A stretch of 64,000 nucleotides of DNA from an uncultured Acidobacteriota bacterium (GTDB lineage: Bacteria; Acidobacteriota; Blastocatellia; Pyrinomonadales; Pyrinomonadaceae), in contig OY970060.1 of the NCBI GenBank assembly GCA_963705225.1, positions 2,177,819 to 2,241,818 on the forward strand. The letters run 5' to 3'. The position numbers were made by a program, and so were the translations under genes. Positions 1 through 8,410 of the stretch are shown piece after piece (positions within the stretch are counted from its first letter, which is position 1; every line of letters starts with the position of its first letter). The notes below the pieces were generated by a model. The model made no database searches and had not been told where the DNA came from. It worked only from the letters and a program-made list of their open reading frames with translations.

Positions 1-331
1 GAAAACGAAAATATTCGCTCTCCTCTTTTTGAAGATTTTTTTGACGAGAACTTTTCGTTTCTTTTCAGCGACCGATAGAATGCGCTCGCCGCTCATAATT
101 ACTCTTAAAAACGTCAACCATTTCGTCTATCCGCTAAACGATTTAATTCCCGGCTCGCTTCATAGCTCGCTCTCCTTTTTGCAAACTCATTGTAAATAAT
201 GCGTTTATAATTTTTTATGTCTTGTGGCACATACTTTGCCATTAACAAATCGACACGAGTTCGGTCGCACCCTTTTTGCGAAGGAAACGGCGGCTTGGAA
301 CAAACGTGAAAAACTTATGAGGAGAGAATTC

Positions 332-904
332 ATGAAATTAAATAACCTGATCAAAGTTTTCGCTTTTTCACTTTTGCTTCTGGGAGTGCCGGCAATCGCT
401 TCCGCCCAGTGGGGCGGCAACGGCCGCAATGGCGGCTACGGAAACGGCAATTACAATAACGGCGCGCTGAAATCGACGATCAAACGAGTCAAAAACCAAG
501 CGAGGCAGCTGGAAAATGCTTTCGATGATAACAATAACGGACGCAGCGGCGGCGTATTCGGCAATGGCGGGTACGGCAATAATGGCAGCCTGGAAGATCT
601 GACGGACCGGTTCAAAAATGCCGCTGACGATCTGGAAGACCAGTTTGGCAACGGGCGCAATTTGAGCAACAGCTACGACGAAGCCAGCCGTCTGGTCCAG
701 CTGGGCCAGCAGATCGACCGCATGATCGGCAATAACCGGGGAGGCCGCGGCGGCTACAATAGCAACGGCAACTACGCATGGGGTTCGATCCGCAACGACC
801 TGCAGACCATCGCCAATGCTTACGGCATCCGCTATGACAATCGCGGCAACGGACGCGGTAACGGGCGCGGCAACGGCCGAGGTAACTCTCAGTGGCCGTT
901 CTAA
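332..904 (+). CDS. Secreted Gly/Asn-rich repeat protein; signal peptide MKLNNLIKVFAFSLLLLGVPAIASA; alternating G/N-rich tracts and short helical segments; C-terminal (GNGR)x4
   Basis: Track ORF 224..904 trimmed to ATG 332, which follows GGAGAG 6 nt upstream and gives a classic signal peptide. 12-nt DNA repeats encode the GNGRGNGRGNGRGN tail. Confidence 0.6.
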   Translation: MKLNNLIKVFAFSLLLLGVPAIASAQWGGNGRNGGYGNGNYNNGALKSTIKRVKNQARQLENAFDDNNNGRSGGVFGNGGYGNNGSLEDLTDRFKNAADDLEDQFGNGRNLSNSYDEASRLVQLGQQIDRMIGNNRGGRGGYNSNGNYAWGSIRNDLQTIANAYGIRYDNRGNGRGNGRGNGRGNSQWPF

Positions 905-967
905 CTATAGTAGCGCCGGTGTCACGCCGGCTGTCGTGAGTGCGTCTCGCGCTCACCCGTAAAATTA

Positions 968-1004
968 AAGCCCGGGCTTCGCCGTCCGGGCTTTTTTCTT
1001 TTCC
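968..1004 (+). terminator. Rho-independent terminator (GCCCGGGC-loop-GCCCGGGC stem followed by TTTTTTCTTTT)
   Basis: Perfect GC stem plus T-tract directly after the stop of the 332..904 gene. Confidence 0.7.
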
Positions 1005-1026
1005 CTATTGCATTTACTATTAACGG

Positions 1027-1890
1027 ATGCCTAATACGCTTAATAGGGATGCGGCAGGTGCCACGCTTTATCTGGTCGCGACACCGATAGGTAACCTGCA
1101 GGACATCTCGCAGCGAGCTTTGCAGACGCTTAAAGACGCAGACGTCATCGCCTGTGAAGACACGCGCCACACCGGAAAATTGCTGAACCATTACGGCATA
1201 AAAAATAAACTTCTCAGCTATCACGAACACAACGAACACGAACGCTCCGGCGAACTGGCCAAACTTCTGCGGGAAGGCAAAAATATCGCCATTGTCTCCG
1301 ACGCCGGCACACCCGGCATCTGCGATCCGGCATTTCGGATCGTGCAAAAAGCTCATGAGATCGGCGCTAAAGTAGTTTCGATTCCCGGCCCCGTCGCTTT
1401 TGTAAATGCGCTAGTCGCTTCGGGGCTGCCGACCGATTCGATCTTTTTCGGAGGCTTTCTGCCCGCGAAAAAAAACGAACGCATCACGCGGCTGCGGGAA
1501 GTAAAAGAAATTCCGGCGACGCTGGTCTTTTATGAAACGCCGCACCGGCTGGCAAGATCGCTGGCCGATTGTTTAGAGACGTTGGGAAACCGTAAAGCCG
1601 CCATCGCCCGCGAACTTACCAAACTGCACGAAGAAATTATCGGCGGCGAATTAAATGAATTGTCGGAAAAATTCTCGAAACAGGATGTAAAAGGCGAGAT
1701 CGTGCTTGTGATCGACCGCACCGAAATTCAAAATGCAGAGTTAAAAACTCAAAATTCGCAAACCTTGATATCCCGCGTTCGCGAACTCGAAAACGAAGGC
1801 CTCGATCGTAAGGTCGCTCTGAAAAAAGCCGCCAAAGAATTCGGCCTGAACCGTTCGGAAGCTTATCGGATCCTGCATTCGGCAAAATAA
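1027..1890 (+). CDS. rsmI: 16S rRNA (cytidine1402-2'-O)-methyltransferase RsmI (tetrapyrrole-methylase fold)
   Basis: N-terminus LYLVATPIGNLQDISQRALQTLKDADVIACEDTRHTGKLL is the RsmI signature; length 287 aa. Confidence 0.85.
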   Translation: MPNTLNRDAAGATLYLVATPIGNLQDISQRALQTLKDADVIACEDTRHTGKLLNHYGIKNKLLSYHEHNEHERSGELAKLLREGKNIAIVSDAGTPGICDPAFRIVQKAHEIGAKVVSIPGPVAFVNALVASGLPTDSIFFGGFLPAKKNERITRLREVKEIPATLVFYETPHRLARSLADCLETLGNRKAAIARELTKLHEEIIGGELNELSEKFSKQDVKGEIVLVIDRTEIQNAELKTQNSQTLISRVRELENEGLDRKVALKKAAKEFGLNRSEAYRILHSAK

Positions 1891-2050
1891 TCATTTCTCT
1901 TCTCTGGAATGATGAAAATCCGAAAGCCGCCTGATAAGTTCCGGGCGGAAAGAAAGGACAAACTGACAGCACAAAAGTTTTTCGCGCAAGCTTAAAAAAT
2001 CCGACATTTTGCGATGCCTTCCCGACCGATATAAGTGCCTAAAAAACTCT

Positions 2051-2082
2051 TGTATTTCTCCGAAAATGGTATAGAATCAGGA
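2051..2082 (+). promoter_or_regulatory. Sigma70-like promoter (TTGTAT - ~16 nt - TAGAAT; the TGG immediately upstream of the -10 overlaps the TGn extended -10 position)
   Basis: Hexamers read directly; lies in the 430-bp intergenic region upstream of the small hydrophobic ORF and the metallopeptidase gene. Confidence 0.35.
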
Positions 2083-2117
2083 AACTTTCACCCAATCATA
2101 AGGACGGAGAACTCATA

Positions 2118-2207
2118 GTGTGGATAATTCTCGCTTTCTACTTTCTCTTTTCTTTTTTTTGCGCATTATTCGTACGCGGAATCTATCTGGAGGAACATTT
2201 ATTGTAA
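2118..2207 (+). CDS. Possible 29-aa hydrophobic micro-protein (V/MWIILAFYFLFSFFCALFVRGIYLEEHLL), GTG start
   Basis: AGGACGGAG SD 8 nt upstream of GTG; below the 60-aa track cutoff; single predicted TM helix. Speculative. Confidence 0.2.
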   Translation: MWIILAFYFLFSFFCALFVRGIYLEEHLL

Positions 2208-2326
2208 AGAGAGATAATAAGTATCCACCAGCATGGATTTATTAAAGATCTACGCCCGAATTGATACTGGCATGGTGTGAGTGTTTTTTTAACTACTCTA
2301 TAAATAACCGTGCAAAAGGAGACGAT

Positions 2327-3856
2327 ATGCCGATAAATTTTATTCCGAATGATCCGCTGACTTTGTCCGCACTACCTTTGAGGTCACAGGCGGCTCGTCC
2401 TAACCGGCCGGCCGGCCGGGCGGGATTTACATTTGTAAATCAAGTCAGTCAGGCTTTATACCAGCCCGGAACTCCGGGATTTCTCTTCTGGCAGTGTCGC
2501 GAAGCCGCGTTAATGGCAGTAGAAACCTGGGAAGCGCTAAACGGGGATTTAACACAGTGGTCGTCATCCGTTCCCAATCCGAAGAAATTACAGCTGATTC
2601 AAAACGCCGGAGTTAACTTAAATGCATTTTACGACCGGAACAGTTTATCGTTTTTTGAAGCCACGGCCGGAACAAAAACTACCTTCACGGGCGCGAGTAC
2701 GGATGTCGTCGCTCACGAAGCGGGTCACGCTTTTCTGGATGTGATACGTCCTGATCTGTGGGACAGCAATTTCCCGGAAACGAACGCTTTTCATGAAGCT
2801 ATGGGGGATTGTATGGCCATTCTGACGGTTTTATTCGATAAACCGACGCGGGTCGCCTTATTGAAGAAGTCAGCGAATTTAGGCGCTTCCAATTTCGTGG
2901 AAGCGGTCATGGAAGACTTATCGGATGGCGTCCGCCGGCAGTTCGGTGCCAGCCACCCCTCAGCCGTCCCCCGGCATGCATTGAATAATTTTCGCTGGCA
3001 GCTGCCGACCACGCTGCCCTCGTCGGGCCCCCCGTCCGTGCTGACCTCGGAGAGTCACAGTTTCGGACGAGTTTTCAGCGGCTGCTTCTATGACGTAATA
3101 CGTAATATTTTTAAGGCCTTGCCGGTTAAAAATGAATCGTCGCTATTAGCCGCCACAAAAACCGCGGGTAAATTATTGATCGAAGGTATCAAGAAAGCTT
3201 CCGATACTCCGCGCTTTTTCCAGGCAGTAGGCCGAGCGATGGCGCTGGCCGACGAAACACTCAACAGCGGTGCTAATCGGGCAGCTATTCGCGAAGCCTT
3301 TGCCCGTCACAATATAGTTCTCGGCGCTAATGCGATGTTTGCGCCCCGGGCGGCGTTGGCCGGTTCCGGGCCAAAACACGGCGCCATTAAAGGAATCCTG
3401 TCCGCTACGACCCGCAGCGATCTCAAACAGCGAATTGGAGCCGACCCGAAATCCAGGATGACCGTTAATATGCTGAAAATCGAAGGAGAACCTGTGGCTG
3501 AAGCAGTGCATCACAGGGAAGTTCTGCTTGCGGGCGTAAGCGGAAAATTAAAAGGGGTAGTGGCAATCGCGGCTGAAACGACCCTGGTAGGAAATGTCGG
3601 GGGCAGAGCGGCAATTGTAAGCGCCCTGCCTGAATCCAACGCTACTACGGATGAAGTGGAAAGCTTCGTTAAAAGCTTAATGGATAATAACCAGATCTCT
3701 TTTGAAGCCAAGAAGCCTGTTGCCAAGGCTGGCCTGGCAATGGTCAGCGCGATTGAAAGCTCGTCGAATGTATTATTTACTCATGTGGTGAGCGCGCGCG
3801 GCGGCAAAAAAGTTCTTGAACGGGTAAGATTTGACTGCCGGGGCTGCCGGAGTTAA
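2327..3856 (+). CDS. Putative zinc metallopeptidase of gluzincin type (HEAGH ... HEAMGD = HExxH + ExxxD third-ligand motif); no signal peptide seen
   Basis: Track ORF 2261..3856 trimmed to ATG 2327 after AAAGGAGA. Motifs VVAHEAGHAF and NAFHEAMGDC are 29 residues apart (the M4 thermolysin-like spacing is nearer 20) and are read directly. The family is not assignable without a search. Confidence 0.5.
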   Translation: MPINFIPNDPLTLSALPLRSQAARPNRPAGRAGFTFVNQVSQALYQPGTPGFLFWQCREAALMAVETWEALNGDLTQWSSSVPNPKKLQLIQNAGVNLNAFYDRNSLSFFEATAGTKTTFTGASTDVVAHEAGHAFLDVIRPDLWDSNFPETNAFHEAMGDCMAILTVLFDKPTRVALLKKSANLGASNFVEAVMEDLSDGVRRQFGASHPSAVPRHALNNFRWQLPTTLPSSGPPSVLTSESHSFGRVFSGCFYDVIRNIFKALPVKNESSLLAATKTAGKLLIEGIKKASDTPRFFQAVGRAMALADETLNSGANRAAIREAFARHNIVLGANAMFAPRAALAGSGPKHGAIKGILSATTRSDLKQRIGADPKSRMTVNMLKIEGEPVAEAVHHREVLLAGVSGKLKGVVAIAAETTLVGNVGGRAAIVSALPESNATTDEVESFVKSLMDNNQISFEAKKPVAKAGLAMVSAIESSSNVLFTHVVSARGGKKVLERVRFDCRGCRS

Positions 3857-3875
3857 ATGACGCTAAATTAAATTA

Positions 3876-4091
3876 TTAAATTGCTGAAAAGCGCTCGCGT
3901 TTGATGCGCTTTTCACCTTTTTCATCGGTCGTTTCCCGGTGGGTTTCGTCGCCGGTGAGAGGGCCGGGTTTGCGCGATATCTGCTTGTTTTCATCCAAAG
4001 TTTTGATGTAATGCTTTACTTCGCCAGAACACTCATTATCATTATCTGGCTGTTCAACTTTGGGGTCTGATTTTTTTTTGCTTGCTGCCAT
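3876..4091 (-). CDS. Hypothetical small Lys/Glu-rich protein (71 aa)
   Basis: ORF with GGAGAC SD upstream of ATG; highly charged low-complexity composition; no recognisable motif. Confidence 0.3.
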   Translation of the reverse strand: MAASKKKSDPKVEQPDNDNECSGEVKHYIKTLDENKQISRKPGPLTGDETHRETTDEKGEKRIKRERFSAI

Positions 4092-4423
4092 TTGTGTCTC
4101 CGTTTCTCAGAAAGCTGGAATCGGTATTCTGCCTGTTAGAAACCTCGATCTTGCTGAAGGTTGCCGGTCATTTATCTCTATCCGCACATAAAACTATATC
4201 ATTTTAATGATCGTCACATCTAACCGCGGGTCAGGTAATTTCAGGCGCAAGTCTGCCCAAAACCGAGGATCGATCCGCTGAAAATAAGCCGTCAAACTAA
4301 AGATCTGGCTTAGAGCTTAATCAAAAGACGACAAGTATTTTATTGGCACGTTTGTGTTTATATTCCCGGCGCGAAGCTTAACTGATTGTTTTTGCAAATT
4401 ATCGTATAATTAGTCAAATAGCT

Positions 4424-5677
4424 ATGAGATTTCTCCATATCGCCGATATACATTTGGGCTGCACGCGATACCAGTTGGAAGAGAGTCCGAAGGATTTTTT
4501 TCTGGCGTGGTACGACGCGCTGAAAAAATACGCGATCGATGAACGGGTCGATTTTGTGCTGATCTGCGGAGATTTTTTTCACAAGCGCAATGTCGAGCCG
4601 CAGGCGATGAATCACGCCGTGGCGGGTCTGGAACTGCTCAGAAAAAATAATATTCCCGTCGTCGTGATCGAAGGCAATCACGACCAGACCAGCGCCGGGA
4701 ATTCGCACAGCTGGCTGCGTTCGCTTTCTGCCTGGGGTTTGCTAAAACTGCTTGAACCGCATATTAAGGACGGCAAGGTAGAGTACAAGCTGTGGAATGA
4801 AGCCGAAAAAGCAGGCTCGTTTATCGACATCGGGCGGGCGCGAATTTTCGGTTCGAAATGGTACGGCGCTTCGGCCAATGTCGCGATCCCGATGCTGACC
4901 GCCGGGATAAAAGAGAACCGCCGCGAAGGCGCGTTTCATATTCTGATGCTCCACACCGACGTCGAGGGTCATCAAACTCACCCGCTGCCCTCGCTTTCGC
5001 TGGCGAGTTTAAAGGAATTAAAATCCGTCACCGATTACGTCGGCCTGGGCCACACGCATATGAAATTCGAGATCGATAACTGGTGCTTTAATCCCGGCTC
5101 GCTCGAAATAACCAACATCGAAGAATTTAAGGAAGTACGCGGCGTATTTTTGGTTGAGGTTGACGACGAATTCGCGGTACGAGCGGAGCACCTGCGGGAT
5201 TACCGCCAGCGCCAGTTCAAACGAATATCGTTCACGGTCACCGGTTCGAAGGAACCAAGAGATATTACGGAAAATGTGTTAGCAGAAATCACCACACAAT
5301 TTGCCGGGAAAAAAGCGCCCGATGAAGTTTCCGCGCCGATAGTTGAGATCACGCTGCGCGGGCATTTAGGGTTTCCTAATTCATTGCTCGAAATTCAAAA
5401 AATACGCGAAGAAGCGCAAAAAATTTCCGGCGCGCTGCACGTTCGCTTAAAAAATCACACGGTGCCGGTGGAATACGCGGTTGCGGCCGATACCGCGGAA
5501 GACATCACGCGCGAAAATCTGGAGCGCCGCGTGGTCGAAGACCTGATCGCCCGTGACGCGCGTTATAAACAAAATAATGAAAGCGTGACCGACGCTATCA
5601 TCGGCGCCAAACGCATGGCGCTGGCCGATGAGGACCCGGAAAAGATCGCGGATTTTATCGCGCTGAAAATCTCTTAA
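4424..5677 (+). CDS. Mre11/SbcD-family metallophosphoesterase nuclease with a ~200-aa C-terminal extension
   Basis: Motifs I-V of calcineurin-like nuclease: ADIHLG, CGDFF, GNHD, LMLHTD, GLGHTH; a TATAAT lies 13 nt upstream of the ATG (possible short-leader mRNA). Confidence 0.8.
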   Translation: MRFLHIADIHLGCTRYQLEESPKDFFLAWYDALKKYAIDERVDFVLICGDFFHKRNVEPQAMNHAVAGLELLRKNNIPVVVIEGNHDQTSAGNSHSWLRSLSAWGLLKLLEPHIKDGKVEYKLWNEAEKAGSFIDIGRARIFGSKWYGASANVAIPMLTAGIKENRREGAFHILMLHTDVEGHQTHPLPSLSLASLKELKSVTDYVGLGHTHMKFEIDNWCFNPGSLEITNIEEFKEVRGVFLVEVDDEFAVRAEHLRDYRQRQFKRISFTVTGSKEPRDITENVLAEITTQFAGKKAPDEVSAPIVEITLRGHLGFPNSLLEIQKIREEAQKISGALHVRLKNHTVPVEYAVAADTAEDITRENLERRVVEDLIARDARYKQNNESVTDAIIGAKRMALADEDPEKIADFIALKIS

Positions 5678-5680
5678 CTA

Positions 5681-6388
5681 ATGTCGGAAGCCAATGAAAA
5701 AATTCTCGGCGTGCGAACGCTGCCGATATTTCCCTTACCCGTGATATTGATGCCGGGCGAGATGATCCCGCTGCATATTTTTGAGCCCCGTTACCGCAAA
5801 ATGATCGAAGACATCCAGGCGGGAAACCAGCTGTTCGGATTGTCCTATTTCGAGCCGCTGGAAACGGAAGACATAAAACCCCCGGCCGGTCATTTGGGCT
5901 GCGCGGCGGAACTGCGCGACGTCCAACTGATGCCGGACGGCCGTTCGAATATCATTATCACCGGGGTGATGCGTTACCGGCTGGAAGAATACGCCGATAC
6001 GGGCGAGCCTTATTTTGTCGGTGAGATATCTTTTTTCGAAGATATTCCGGAAAAGGAAAACGAGGAAAAACTGGCCGGCCTGAGCAAGGAGGTCGTCGAA
6101 CTTTTCACCCGCGTCGCAAACGCCGCGCACAAGATCAGCGGCGAGCGCAACCCATTGCCCGATCTGCCGGACATCGCCCCGCAGGAACTTTCTTTTCTGA
6201 TCTCGGCAGCATTTAATTTCGAAAACGAAGTAAAATTTGAATTGATGGAAACGCGTTCGACAACGAAAAGGCTCAAGCGGCTGCGCGTCCTGCTTAAACG
6301 GGCGGTCGAAACGATCGAGGAAACCGCCGCGATCCACCAGGTCTCCAAAACGAACGGCCACAGCAAAAAGAAAATAAACCTCGACTAA
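5681..6388 (+). CDS. Lon N-terminal (LON substrate-binding, PUA-like) domain protein, standalone
   Basis: LPIFPLPVILMPGEMIPLHIFEPRYRKMIED matches the Lon-N signature; begins 4 nt after the nuclease stop. Confidence 0.8.
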   Translation: MSEANEKILGVRTLPIFPLPVILMPGEMIPLHIFEPRYRKMIEDIQAGNQLFGLSYFEPLETEDIKPPAGHLGCAAELRDVQLMPDGRSNIIITGVMRYRLEEYADTGEPYFVGEISFFEDIPEKENEEKLAGLSKEVVELFTRVANAAHKISGERNPLPDLPDIAPQELSFLISAAFNFENEVKFELMETRSTTKRLKRLRVLLKRAVETIEETAAIHQVSKTNGHSKKKINLD

Positions 6389-6651
6389 TGAATCCGGAAA
6401 CGATAAAAGTAAAAGTTTTATTTTTCGGCGCCGCTGTCGATATCACCGGAAGCCGCGAGGTGGAAGCGGATCTTGAAGCAAATGTTACCGCCCGGGCCGC
6501 GTTTGAAAATATTTTGGCCGCTTATCCGGCCTTGAGAAACGGGTTTAAGAACTCACTGCTTTTTGCCGTCAACCGGGAATATGCCGCGGGCGATGAAATT
6601 CTAAACGAAGGCGACGAGCTGGCCGTTATTCCTCCCGTTTCCGGCGGCTGA
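6388..6651 (+). CDS. moaD: Molybdopterin synthase sulfur-carrier subunit MoaD (beta-grasp, C-terminal GG)
   Basis: VKVLFFGA...AVNREYAAGDEILNEGDELAVIPPVSGG; start ATG overlaps the upstream stop (TAATG). Confidence 0.85.
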   Translation: MNPETIKVKVLFFGAAVDITGSREVEADLEANVTARAAFENILAAYPALRNGFKNSLLFAVNREYAAGDEILNEGDELAVIPPVSGG

Positions 6652-6660
6652 AATTACTGG

Positions 6661-7080
6661 ATGGATTTTTTCGAACTCACAACCGACCCTGTCGATATCG
6701 GCACTGCCGCTCGTCGTGTCATTCCGCCGGAATGCGGCGCGACGGTGACGCTCGACGGCTACGTCCGCGAATTTACCAGAGGAAAACAAACCTTGTACCT
6801 GATCTACGAAGCCTACGAGCCGATGGCGCTTAAGGAAATGGAAAAACTGGGCGCGCGGGCGCGCGAACAATTCGAAATTTCACATATCGGCATCGTCCAC
6901 CGGTTAGGCGAATTGGAGATCGGCGAGACCAGCGTTGTGGTAACGGTGGCCGCACCGCACCGAAAGGCCGCCTTTGAGGCCTGCGCATGGCTGATCACCG
7001 AACTGAAACGAACCGTGCCGATCTGGAAAAAGGAATTTTATGCGGACGGTGCAACCTGGGTGGAAGGCGAAACATCCTAG
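6661..7080 (+). CDS. moaE: Molybdopterin synthase catalytic subunit MoaE
   Basis: Typical MoaE length and motifs (LDGYVREFTRGK, HRLGELEIGE, VPIWKKE). Confidence 0.85.
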   Translation: MDFFELTTDPVDIGTAARRVIPPECGATVTLDGYVREFTRGKQTLYLIYEAYEPMALKEMEKLGARAREQFEISHIGIVHRLGELEIGETSVVVTVAAPHRKAAFEACAWLITELKRTVPIWKKEFYADGATWVEGETS

Positions 7081-7103
7081 ACGCAGAGCGAGGTTCTGCG
7101 TTT

Positions 7104-7811
7104 ATGAAATTTGTTTTTATCCCAATTCTGTTTTTACTGCTTTTCACGCAACCGGCTTCCGCACAAACTGAAAGCATTTCATCGATCAGGATCACTTCCA
7201 GCTGGGACGGCTTCGGTCTCGCTTCCAAAAGCGAACTGCTCGTCAAACAAAAAAAGCGAAATTTTTCCGGTGAAGGCGTAACTATCAGCGCCGAACAGGC
7301 AGCGAATCTTTTAAAGGCGCTTGATCTTTCAGATAAACAATTAACGCCGTCAGATTTTGGGATCACCCGGGAATGGCTGGCAGCGAACGCCGAAAAAGCG
7401 CTGCAGGAACATTCCGGCATCGATACTCAAACCGAAAAAGATCTCTTTATCAAATCGTTTTGCGATCTGCAGCTTATTGAAAGAGTGTATCTTCGTCTCC
7501 TTCGCGGCGGCTGGACGGACGATTATCCGGGTTTCGAGATGGAGATCGTAAAAAAAGACGGCTCCAGGATCAAGGTGTCCTCGGACCGGCAAAATGTTTT
7601 CATGATTCCCTGGACGGTGGAAAAATCCGGCCGGGTTCAGGCGGTCTCCGATCCGGCTTTGAGCCGGGCAATCGCCTCGCTGCTGCCGGAAAAATTTACC
7701 AACAAAGAGCGAATCGGCGGCGTGAAGCTTTTGCTGGAACTTACCAATATCGTGACCCGTGAGATGCGGTACGGGCCTGTGCCGGATAACTACACGAAGG
7801 TCGGGTTTTAA
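7104..7811 (+). CDS. Secreted hypothetical protein (signal peptide MKFVFIPILFLLLFTQPASAQ)
   Basis: Track ORF 6987..7811 trimmed to the ATG that gives a signal peptide. Confidence 0.5.
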   Translation: MKFVFIPILFLLLFTQPASAQTESISSIRITSSWDGFGLASKSELLVKQKKRNFSGEGVTISAEQAANLLKALDLSDKQLTPSDFGITREWLAANAEKALQEHSGIDTQTEKDLFIKSFCDLQLIERVYLRLLRGGWTDDYPGFEMEIVKKDGSRIKVSSDRQNVFMIPWTVEKSGRVQAVSDPALSRAIASLLPEKFTNKERIGGVKLLLELTNIVTREMRYGPVPDNYTKVGF

Positions 7812-7865
7812 AAAGAACTTGTTTGAAATGAAAGGCTGCGGATTAGGGGAGATATCGTGACCGAG

Positions 7866-8402
7866 TTAAACGAACGCCCCGCTTTTTCCCAATAGCCGTT
7901 CGAAGGCTTCGTCCAGATCCTTGTTGACCCCGCGCAGCCCGGCAAAAACTTCCATACTCCATTCGATATATTCGGCCTTTCTTTCTTCAGACCAATCATC
8001 CGGCGGGTTGTGGACTATATCCGAAATGTTGCTGTATTTATCGGCGATCTTTATCTGTTTTGCGCCGTCGGAAAGGTGAGGCGCTTTTTCGACTTGTTTT
8101 CTTTTGCGTTCTGCTTTGGGAAGATTTTTATCGTCGGTCACTTCCATCACCAGGCCGGCGACCCGACTGCCGAAAAGCTCTTCGATCTCTTCCGGCGAAG
8201 TTTCGGTATCTTCGACCACATCATGTAAAAGCGCGGCGACAAGAATATCGACATCGGTTATTTTGCCGGTTCCGGAAAGAATTTCGGCCACCTGGAGGGG
8301 GTGATTGATATAGGGATCGGCATCCGCGCCCTTACGACGCTGTGAGCGATGTTTTGCGGCGGCGTAATTTGCCGCGCGGATAAATTTTGCCGCATCGCTC
8401 AT
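7866..8402 (-). CDS. HD-domain protein, small alarmone ((p)ppGpp) hydrolase-like (Mesh1/SpoT-HD type)
   Basis: HRSQRRKGADADPYINHPLQVA ... AALLHDVVEDT = SpoT/RelA hydrolase HD signature. Confidence 0.7.
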   Translation of the reverse strand: MSDAAKFIRAANYAAAKHRSQRRKGADADPYINHPLQVAEILSGTGKITDVDILVAALLHDVVEDTETSPEEIEELFGSRVAGLVMEVTDDKNLPKAERKRKQVEKAPHLSDGAKQIKIADKYSNISDIVHNPPDDWSEERKAEYIEWSMEVFAGLRGVNKDLDEAFERLLGKSGAFV

Positions 8403-8410
8403 TTCTCACA

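Noticed and set aside
5735-6361. 208-aa antisense ORF inside the Lon-N gene, and similar long antisense ORFs (612-956, 11691-12287, 14265-14792, 16144-16863, 27805-28422, 31623-32114, 32265-33044, 35517-36002, 38794-39579, 39850-40701, 45454-46095, 50182-50754, 52087-52623, 52678-53226, 53836-54402, 55235-56272, 56876-57499, 58225-58893, 59074-59829, 59872-60342)
   Set aside because: Each lies opposite a well-supported, motif-bearing gene. Their Arg/Gly/Asp-rich composition is the usual high-GC antisense artefact, and none has an SD or recognisable motif.
4424-6388. SbcD-like nuclease plus Lon-N pair as a phage-defence system
   Set aside because: No ATPase, sensor or other defence-island context (methylases, integrases, other defence genes) is nearby; housekeeping Moco genes follow in the same operon. 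Kept only as an operon-level curiosity.
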